64,000 bases of DNA. Origin: Candidatus Omnitrophota bacterium. Its GTDB lineage: Bacteria > Omnitrophota > Gorgyraeia > Zapsychrales > Zapsychraceae. The position numbers and the translations under genes are program-made. The first letter of the stretch is position 1. The number at the start of each line of letters is the position of its first letter. Positions 17,535-25,027 of this stretch are shown here, one piece after another. The notes below the pieces were generated by a model. That model worked only from the letters and a program-made list of their open reading frames with translations. It ran no database searches and had not been told where the DNA came from. The stretch is taken from positions 74,210 to 138,209 of the forward strand of contig JADFXT010000005.1 in the NCBI GenBank assembly GCA_015233405.1, read 5' to 3'.

Positions 17535-20500
17535 AATATCCATAATTTGAAGCAGATCAAGGCAGATGTGAAGAAAAACCAGGAAATGAAGAAAAAAAAT
17601 AATAAAAAAAGAGGATTATATTCCGCCCTTTCGGATGTCAAGTTTTTGGGTGGAGATTCAGCTGTTGTTAAAAAAGCTTTTAATGGAAATGTCTCAGCTC
17701 GACAAGAATTGGTTGATAGTGCCCGTTATAGATTTGCTATAGACGGCATCTCGAGAAGAAACTGGGCAGGTGAAGTCCTTTCTACTTTTGCACGTTCTGG
17801 CCATGTCTGGGCTCAAAATGCAATTGTCAGGGATGCCAAAGATGACTCCGATGATGATATGCGCTGGGCGAAGTTTGCTTTGTTCGATAGTGCTAAGCAT
17901 GGTTGGGACTGGGCCATCAAACAGGTTGCGATTTTGTCAGGCGATGATGAGGAGTTTCGGGAAGTAATAAGCAAAAAGCTTAATAGTGATAACCGTGGCA
18001 GCCAAGAGGAAGTGGAAGAAATCTTGATCCAGGCCATTCGTAACGGGCAGGTGTGGGCGAAGGATCTGGTAACGGAGAATATTGTGTCAAGGCATGAGTA
18101 CGTAGGGATTCATGTCGCGGCTGAAACTTATGAATTCTTTTCCAAAACGCAACAGAAGAAGATTTATCCTAAAATTAAATCATATTCCGATGAGCTGAAT
18201 AAGCTCAATAAACGGCTTCAGGGATTGGAAAAACAAGGGAAATCCCTCGACCGTGCCATGACGACCCTGTTGGTGATTCCTGCGTCGGAATCTGCGCACA
18301 TGACATTGAAAGAACTTTTTGATTTACTGCAGGAAGGAATTAAGAAGAACCAAGACAGGGGTGTCACGGAGGCTGAAGGAAAGTACCAGGGCATGAATTT
18401 TAAGGTCGTTATGGATACGACCTTAGGTGAAGATTATGAAAAATCTTTCAGGCCTAGGTTTGAAGAGAAATTGAAGAAGAACGATATCCAAAAAGACAAG
18501 GCCATGACGACGGAAAGAAAATCGACCTGGGACCAGGTCAAGGCATTTACACCAGGCACGGTGGATTGGCATATCAGACATCTTTTTCCGCAGTTTTCAG
18601 CAAAAGGAAAAATCCGGGCTATTAAGATCCTATCTAGAATTTACGAAAAGAATAATCCTAAACAGCAGGCCAGGATCGCTCAGGCATTGTTTGAGGTGGC
18701 AGGGAATAAGGACAGTTCTGTCTCCCAGGCCGCGGTCGATGCTATTGCTTCTAAATTAAAAGTAACGGGCATAGAAGATCCATTAAAACAGTTACTGAAC
18801 GGACTTCGGAATCAGGCTGGCGTTGATGTGGGCAAAGACCGTCTCCTGACGACGGCTGATGCCCAGATAAAGATTAAAGCCTTTGTCGCGTCGATGAAGG
18901 GCCTGCTTATTGCTCCGTTTGTTAATAACTCGACGATGGCAACACTTGCGGAGTTTGCGAACAACGTCGAGAAAGATGTGTACTCAGCCAAAACAAGGGC
19001 TGATTGGAAAAGAATATCTGAACGCCTGGCACAGGACAAGTCAAGAATAACAGGGTTCATAGAGGCAATAGCAGGGCGTGAGCCGCAATCCGTGTTTTCT
19101 TATGATAATTTCCTCAAAGAACAATTGAGAAAAGAAATGTACACGGCTTTTCAAGGCATTATTTCCGAGGCTGGGGAAGCCATGGATCGGCCCACAAACG
19201 CGATACTCATCAATGCCAGCGAAAGATCTCTACAAAATAATCCCCTGCGATTGTCTCTTCTTCCCGGCGAGGGTGTTGTTTTGAATGTTTCATCACATGC
19301 ATGGCAAGGATATTATCGTCATCACTCTTTTCTTTTATCGGCGGACAAAGACGGTAATTTGCTGGCAAGTCCTTTCAAGTTACCGAGCTTTCTTTCTAAA
19401 GATTATGATGGTAGGACGCGGCAAATGGACTACGAGACATTCTACGACAGTTTCCAAATCTATTTACCTCATGGCCTGACTTTGTGGCACTCTGATGGAT
19501 TCTCTGAAGATGCTGATGCTGGAATTATACACAACCAAGGCCCTACAGGGGCAAATTTAGCTATTGACAAGAATGGTAAAGATTTATTGCTATCGGTTGG
19601 TGATTATACGAGTTCACCAGGTAGTTTATCGGCAGGTGTCAACAGTATTGTTCTTCCCAAGGAAAAGGAAATCGTCCTCGGCAACGGAACGGATGTTGTC
19701 CATGTTACCTTAGACAAAGAGAAGACGAAAGAAGTCCAGATGGGCGGGGATACGGTCGTCCTTGAGGAGAAAGATGATTATGTTTTGGTAAGCAGTCATA
19801 TCAAAGACGGAACTATCTGGGCGGGCGTTGTCGACGAAGGGACTCCGGATGAGATCCTGGCTGCTCTGGACAAGGGCGAGCAATGGGCCTTGGATATTTT
19901 AGACAGGGATTTGGCAAAGAATGCAAACTTAGAGAAGGTGGCGTATATTTTAGATGCCGGTATTCAGAACAACAGGGATTGGGCGAAAAAGAGAATTATC
20001 GGACGCGATTTAAACGGCCAATATAGGTTACAACAGGTCGTGAAAGACCGCTATTATTCCGGCGGCGCAGAAGGGAAATTTTCCTGGTTGAAGGACGTAA
20101 TTATTGAGAACGCAAAGTTACCCGGCAATGATTGGGCGAAGGAAATAGTTTTTGGAAAAGAAGACAGTCAATTGATGCGCCTGGAAAATCTGCTTATCGA
20201 TGCCCGTAAAAACGCCCAGAGCGCTCAATCGTTTTCTGAGAAGATCCGCCATGTCATATTAAATGGGCATGATGATTCGGATTATGTTGTGATGGGCATG
20301 GCTATGGCAGATGCTTACGCCGGCCTGACATGGATGGTCAATCCGATGATTGAATGGCTTCAAGATAATTTCGATAATCGGGAACGCCTGGATGTAGCCG
20401 TCGCCGTTGTTTTTTCTCTCCTTCCTCCGGAAGTGAGGGAGAAAATTTTTAAGGATTTAGAACAGACAGATCCGAAAGGATTATCAAGCCTTCGCCGGGT

Positions 20501-23500
20501 GATCTCCGCGTTTTCTTCAGACCTGCTGAATAAGCAGAGATCAATGATAGTGAACCGATACAGTGATTCAGTGAATGGGCCTAGGTGGTCTTGGGGTGAC
20601 GACGGCAGCAAAGGCCTTTCGATGGAATCGCGTGAGAACCATAAAGCTACGATACAAGCAGCCCAATCTATCACCAACAAAGAACTTGCTCTGACAGAGA
20701 TTATTAAGAAATCTTCTTTGGCATCTGTCTACATGGGCCAGCGCATTGGGATGAGATACAACTCCCTAGCTGCCCGCGGCGACTTCGCCATGACGACGGA
20801 ACAACCGGAGAACCAATCACGCAGAAATTTTCTTAAGAATAGTGCTGTCATAACGGCCGGATTGCTTGCCGGAAAAGGGATGCTGTTGGCTCAGGCTATT
20901 AAACCCAACCTCCGCCCTGAAGTAAAAAAGACCGTCGAATGGTTAAAGCATAAAATTAATCCCCAGACCGGTCTCATTGCCTCTTTTGAAGGAACTCCTG
21001 CAGGCGACCCTTCAACTGGAGTAACTTGGATGTATAACCAAGCACAAGCTATTGAAGTGTTTTTGTCGATCGGAGATATCAAGACAGCGGAAAGTCTTGC
21101 CAAAGCCATGCTAAAACTTGAAAAACACAACGGTGCATGGGTCGGCGCTTATGATACTCAGTCCGGAAAGATCGCTACAAATATCGACGAGCAAAGACTT
21201 AGCTATGTTGGTTTTAACATGGCTATCGGGCATTCATTTCTAAACCTTTTGGAAAAGACCCAAGACAAGAAATTGGCCATCAATTTGTTGCAAGCTTCTT
21301 TTGGATTGATGCGTTGGATCGCGGGTTATTATCATGATAAGGGAAACTATGGATACTTTTCCGGCGGAGAAAACAAAGCCGCTGTCTGGACGGAATATAA
21401 CGTACGTGCAGCTGCTTTTTATTATCAATTTGCTAACCAGCTTAAAGACCCCAACCATCCGAATAAGAAAGCGATTGAAGAGATCATATCACCTGATAGT
21501 TCAAAACCTTTAAGTGAATCTCTCCGAAAGGATGCAGAGAAGGTTTTCCACTGGGTATCCGGAATGTGGAACAAAAATCAAGGATACTATGAATATGGCT
21601 ACACGGATTCTGTAAAAGAAAAATTGATCCCAGAAGATTGGGGTAATTTTGAAAAGGAAAATCCTAAATATTGGGCGCATGGCATGTGGGCTTATCCCCA
21701 ATATCTTGTTCCTATTATGGCAAGGGTCGCCGGATTAAATCCAAAGGATTATGCCGGAGGGCTCGGTTGGGTCCTCAATCATCAAAGCACGATCGTGGTC
21801 AATAAAAATGGCCAGAAGGTCAATCTTTCCGGCGTGCCACGATGGATCGGTTCGAGATCTATTAATTCGAAATTCACCGGTGAAATGGCGGTTGCCTTGA
21901 GGTTAGTCGGCAGGGACCTTGAAGCCGATAAATTGTTGGCAACATTGACTCAATTACAGACACCTGATGGCGGTATTCCCGAGGCTGTCAGTGATAATCC
22001 TAACGACATGTGGCCGCTCAGCTTTCCCTATGCTTCTGTGGAGGCGTCATTGGCTTATATCATTGGCATGCAGCACTTAGACCCGAGATATATCGCTGGC
22101 ACAACCCAGTTGGCTGGAAACGACGACGCTGCCATGACGACGGCAACGGTCAAAGTTTTGGGAGAAGATATGCCTGCCAGATCAGTCTTGAAAACCATTA
22201 GTGCGTTGCAGCAGGATTTGCTTTTCTCTAATATCACAGACGAGCGCAACACCTTGAATGAATTGGTCTATGGACGGAAGATGATCCGGTTAAATCATTT
22301 CACTCAGCGCGCCAAGGAAAGTCCTGTCGCTGATTATAATTTGTTCCGCGAGCTTGAAAAATTTTTAAAAGATACAGTTTCTTTTGATATTGCGATTTTG
22401 CCCTTAAACGGCACGCCGAGCTTAAATGGATTTCGTCCGGGCTTTTATCTGAATTGGAAGGCCCCCAACGAGAAGATGACTCAAAAAATGATGATGTCCG
22501 CTCAACTATGGCTTCTGAATAAGGCCCTTGAATCTCAGAAGGCTTTAAAAGGGGCCGGGATATCCGACTTCGCGATGACGACGGGGGATAATTCGACTTC
22601 TAGCTGGGAAGAACGACAGCTTGCTTGGGAGGAACGCATCCGACAACGAGACGAAGAAGAGCGACGGAACCAGAGAAGGCACCAAGAAGCGCAAGCGGAT
22701 TATGAAAATCTCGCAATGAATTTGTTTGGAGAAGATGATGCCATGATGACAGGGAACCTAAGAGTGCTGTCATTCATAGGTGCACTGACGGGCAGTTTGC
22801 TTTTTACCGGTCAAGGAATGGCAGCGAACGATCCTTTGGCGAGCTGGATAGATCCGAAAGCCGATTCCATGGAAATTTCGTCGACAAAAATGGGATATTA
22901 TGTAGGACAAACTATACGCCAGGATGGGAACACATACATATGGAATTCAAACGTTAACAAGTACGTTCCTTTGAAAAGAACGCCCAAGAAACCTGCAGCA
23001 GACACTAGCAACACGCATAAAGACACGACTGCTGTTGTGCCTGATAGCAGTAAGAAAGCAAAAGACCAGGCCATGACGGCGGGGGACGACGATTTTGACA
23101 GCTTTTTGCGCGCCAACAGAATGAGAATGGAGACAAACGAAACACGGGAAATCACAGTAAAAAATGTCTTAGGAATACACATGAAACCCTCGAGAGCTAT
23201 CTATCGAGCGGCAGAAGCGTTTGCCAAGCAAGGCGTCTTTGTCGCCATTGAAACTGAAGGAGATTTTGTGAGAATTTATGATGAATCTGAGGCAGAGCTG
23301 ACCATGCATATTCAAGGTTTAGGTATTCAAGATGAACAACCTATAATGGTAACCATAGATAGCAAGAAGAAATTGTCGCCGGAAACGATCAATTTTGTGT
23401 TTGATAGATTAACGTATTTGTTGCAAACTCCGGCATTGCTTGAAAATCCAGAATGGGATACAAACAATGCAACAAAGACTTATTTGGCAGAGATCACGCA

Positions 23501-23774
23501 ATTTCTTGAATCACATGACAAGGCCATGAACGCTGATATGAAGAACCCCGGCGGTATCGACTTAAACGCTAAGAATCTTCAGATGAATATTTCTAAAGAT
23601 GGAAAAGGCGTTGAATTCAAATTCGATCCGGCTATGGTGGAGCAATTTAAACTCGGAGATTTTACAGGCGTGATACCCGTCATCATTCGTATTACGCCAA
23701 TTTCAAGCCCGTTTCCGCTATTAGGATTAGAAATTCCGACGGAACAGGCAATAGAAATATCTAAAAGGTCTTAA
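16341..23774 (+). CDS. giant modular secreted protein 1 (2477 aa): signal peptide + shared N-domain, 8 junction-delimited modules, shared C-domain
   Basis: Uninterrupted 7.4-kb ORF with RBS gaggag upstream. N-terminal signal peptide …TTAVPPSYAQ|V. N- and C-terminal regions are paralogous to the next ORF. The interior is punctuated by D-x-A-M-T-T. Confidence 0.85.
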   Translation: MENVLPKRQKNFFIKIVSTILSITFISTTAVPPSYAQVLNLPQPGSMVGLTPAFMPTLIKGLKVHPENPLLFDFILDTGKSGIGVNTPEFKSESEKLIKYFLASMTIKESDLWVNLSPYEKNRIATDELGKTELGKDMLAQDYILKQLTASLMYPEKEIGKDFWNKVYAEAKQKFGTTDIPTDTFNKVWIVADKAKIFEHNDAAYVVGAHLKVMLEKDYVAASKASSSHSTISPLSSPQSLSGDPVVDSRLRGNDISTSIIKEIIIPAIEKEVNEGKNFATLRQMFYSMILATWYKQALKDALLNQVYSDKAKIGGVTNNDPNIKEKIYAQYFEAFKKGAYNYIKEEYDPTTQQVTPKKYFSGGLEIGVGKVLARQAIQTPETDNAMKPNGDMAMVTTNIHNLKQIKADVKKNQEMKKKNNKKRGLYSALSDVKFLGGDSAVVKKAFNGNVSARQELVDSARYRFAIDGISRRNWAGEVLSTFARSGHVWAQNAIVRDAKDDSDDDMRWAKFALFDSAKHGWDWAIKQVAILSGDDEEFREVISKKLNSDNRGSQEEVEEILIQAIRNGQVWAKDLVTENIVSRHEYVGIHVAAETYEFFSKTQQKKIYPKIKSYSDELNKLNKRLQGLEKQGKSLDRAMTTLLVIPASESAHMTLKELFDLLQEGIKKNQDRGVTEAEGKYQGMNFKVVMDTTLGEDYEKSFRPRFEEKLKKNDIQKDKAMTTERKSTWDQVKAFTPGTVDWHIRHLFPQFSAKGKIRAIKILSRIYEKNNPKQQARIAQALFEVAGNKDSSVSQAAVDAIASKLKVTGIEDPLKQLLNGLRNQAGVDVGKDRLLTTADAQIKIKAFVASMKGLLIAPFVNNSTMATLAEFANNVEKDVYSAKTRADWKRISERLAQDKSRITGFIEAIAGREPQSVFSYDNFLKEQLRKEMYTAFQGIISEAGEAMDRPTNAILINASERSLQNNPLRLSLLPGEGVVLNVSSHAWQGYYRHHSFLLSADKDGNLLASPFKLPSFLSKDYDGRTRQMDYETFYDSFQIYLPHGLTLWHSDGFSEDADAGIIHNQGPTGANLAIDKNGKDLLLSVGDYTSSPGSLSAGVNSIVLPKEKEIVLGNGTDVVHVTLDKEKTKEVQMGGDTVVLEEKDDYVLVSSHIKDGTIWAGVVDEGTPDEILAALDKGEQWALDILDRDLAKNANLEKVAYILDAGIQNNRDWAKKRIIGRDLNGQYRLQQVVKDRYYSGGAEGKFSWLKDVIIENAKLPGNDWAKEIVFGKEDSQLMRLENLLIDARKNAQSAQSFSEKIRHVILNGHDDSDYVVMGMAMADAYAGLTWMVNPMIEWLQDNFDNRERLDVAVAVVFSLLPPEVREKIFKDLEQTDPKGLSSLRRVISAFSSDLLNKQRSMIVNRYSDSVNGPRWSWGDDGSKGLSMESRENHKATIQAAQSITNKELALTEIIKKSSLASVYMGQRIGMRYNSLAARGDFAMTTEQPENQSRRNFLKNSAVITAGLLAGKGMLLAQAIKPNLRPEVKKTVEWLKHKINPQTGLIASFEGTPAGDPSTGVTWMYNQAQAIEVFLSIGDIKTAESLAKAMLKLEKHNGAWVGAYDTQSGKIATNIDEQRLSYVGFNMAIGHSFLNLLEKTQDKKLAINLLQASFGLMRWIAGYYHDKGNYGYFSGGENKAAVWTEYNVRAAAFYYQFANQLKDPNHPNKKAIEEIISPDSSKPLSESLRKDAEKVFHWVSGMWNKNQGYYEYGYTDSVKEKLIPEDWGNFEKENPKYWAHGMWAYPQYLVPIMARVAGLNPKDYAGGLGWVLNHQSTIVVNKNGQKVNLSGVPRWIGSRSINSKFTGEMAVALRLVGRDLEADKLLATLTQLQTPDGGIPEAVSDNPNDMWPLSFPYASVEASLAYIIGMQHLDPRYIAGTTQLAGNDDAAMTTATVKVLGEDMPARSVLKTISALQQDLLFSNITDERNTLNELVYGRKMIRLNHFTQRAKESPVADYNLFRELEKFLKDTVSFDIAILPLNGTPSLNGFRPGFYLNWKAPNEKMTQKMMMSAQLWLLNKALESQKALKGAGISDFAMTTGDNSTSSWEERQLAWEERIRQRDEEERRNQRRHQEAQADYENLAMNLFGEDDAMMTGNLRVLSFIGALTGSLLFTGQGMAANDPLASWIDPKADSMEISSTKMGYYVGQTIRQDGNTYIWNSNVNKYVPLKRTPKKPAADTSNTHKDTTAVVPDSSKKAKDQAMTAGDDDFDSFLRANRMRMETNETREITVKNVLGIHMKPSRAIYRAAEAFAKQGVFVAIETEGDFVRIYDESEAELTMHIQGLGIQDEQPIMVTIDSKKKLSPETINFVFDRLTYLLQTPALLENPEWDTNNATKTYLAEITQFLESHDKAMNADMKNPGGIDLNAKNLQMNISKDGKGVEFKFDPAMVEQFKLGDFTGVIPVIIRITPISSPFPLLGLEIPTEQAIEISKRS
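17045..17105. repeat. GC-rich double-hairpin palindromic element (type A), inserted in frame in giant gene 1
   Basis: GTCAT-CCCCGC-aatctttaa-GCGGGGAT…ATTCCCGC-cttc-GCGGGAAT-GAC: two hairpins bracketed by GTCAT/ATGAC. Translated as …SSPQSLSGDPVVDSRLRGND…. Related arms recur at 56113-56204. Confidence 0.75.
20790..22133 (+). other. module with canonical Tat signal peptide followed by an alpha-helical-repeat (possibly alpha/alpha-toroid, glycosidase-like) domain
   Basis: Starts at the junction Met: MTTEQPENQSRRNFLKNSAVITAGLLAGKGMLLAQA|IKP. This has the S-R-R-x-F-L-K motif, an h-region and A-x-A. The assignment of the mature part is by helix-repeat pattern only. Confidence 0.6.
22743..23072 (+). 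other. module starting with a Sec-type signal peptide
   Basis: Junction Met, then MMTGNLRVLSFIGALTGSLLFTGQGMA|AND. Confidence 0.5.
23073..23525 (+). other. module containing an HPr-like (PTS phosphocarrier fold) domain
   Basis: EITVKNVLGIHMKPSRAIYRAAEAF… parallels the HPr active-site segment (G-[IL]-H-A-R-P-A, His15 retained). …LTMHIQGLGIQDEQPIMVTIDS parallels the HPr LG-x-x-x-G-x-x-[IV] strand. The Ser46 equivalent is not conserved. Confidence 0.45.
23526..23771 (+). other. shared C-terminal domain, copy 1 (82 aa)
   Basis: MNADMKNPGGIDLNAKNLQMNISKDGKGVEFKFDPAMVEQFKLGDFTGVIPVIIRITPISSPFPLLGLEIP… is paralogous to 34193-34426. Confidence 0.8.
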
Positions 23775-25027
23775 TGAAAAATAACATCAATAAACATATT
23801 ATTTCACAGAGGCAAACGGTAAAAAGAATCATTTCCGCGGCTATTCTTGTCGCGTTTATATTCACAACTGTTATACCGCCGAGCTATGCACAAGTTATGA
23901 ACCCCGCCGCGATTGGCGGCGAGGCCTCGCCAACTTCACTGGTTGGCGGGTTGCCGCAGCCGGGCAGCATGGTGGACTTAACGCCTGCGTTTATGCCTAC
24001 GCTCATCAAGGGCTTAAAAGTCCATCCGGAGAATCCGCTTTTGTTTGATTTCATTCTCGATACCGGTAAATCTGGCATTGGAGTCAACACTCCTGAATTC
24101 AAATCCGAATCCGAAAAGCTCATCAAATATTTCTTAGCGTCCATGACGATCAAAGAATCCGATCTTTGGGTTAACTTGTCTCCGTACGAAAAGAATAGAA
24201 TTGCGACTGATGAATTAGGTAAAACAGAGCTTGGCCGTGACATGCTCGCGCAAGATTATATTCTCAAACAGCTCACGGCCTCGCTTATGTATCCAGAAAA
24301 GGAAATCGGAAAAGATTTTTGGAATAAAGTTTACGCTGAAGCGAAACAGAAATTTGGAACTACTGATATTCCTACGGACACGTTTAATAAAGTCTGGATC
24401 GTCGCAGATAAAGCAAAAATTTTCGAACACAACGATGCAGCCTATGTTGTCGGGGCGCATCTTAAAGTAATGTTGGAAGAGGATTACGAAGCGCTCAAAG
24501 CGAGCGCGGAGTCCCGAGCTACTGCGAGGGATTTGGCGGCTTCACATAATGTAGGGGCGGGGTTTCCCCGCCCTGATCATAAAGGGCGCGGTAACCGCGC
24601 CCCTACGGCGATCATCAAAAAAATCATCATCCCCGCCATCGAAAAAGAAGTCAACGAAGGAAAGAATTTCGCGACGCTTCGCCAGATGTTCTATTCGATG
24701 ATTTTAGCTACTTGGTATAAACAAGCCTTAAAAGATGCACTTTTAAATCAAGTTTACAGTGACAAAGCTAAAATTGGCGGAGTTACAAATAACGACCCAA
24801 ATATTAAAGAAAAGATTTACGCCCAGTATCTCGAAGCCTTTAAGAAAGGCGCCTACAACTATATTAAAGAAGAATACGATCCTACGACACAGCAAGTAAC
24901 ACCTAAAAAATATTTCTCCGGCGGTCTTGAAATCGGCGTCGGGAAAGTCCTCGCCCGTCAAGCTATTCAAACCCCGGAAACCGACAACGCCATGAAACCA
25001 AATGGCGACATGGCCATGGTGACGACC
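23774..25027 (+). other. shared N-terminal domain, copy 2 (~418 aa)
   Basis: Paralogous to 16341-17534, with an extra MNPAAIGGEASPTSLVGG after the signal peptide. Ends DNAMKPNGDMAMVTT. Confidence 0.85.

Noticed and set aside
18480-18510. Independent SD-driven translation initiation at each junction ATG (a 'stop-less operon').
   Set aside because: Upstream of the junction ATGs (e.g. 18504, 20790, 22134) there is no GGAGG/AAGGAG-type sequence at 5-10 nt spacing. Such sequences are obvious before most bona fide genes here. I have not fully excluded this, so it is kept as an alternative under the junction finding.
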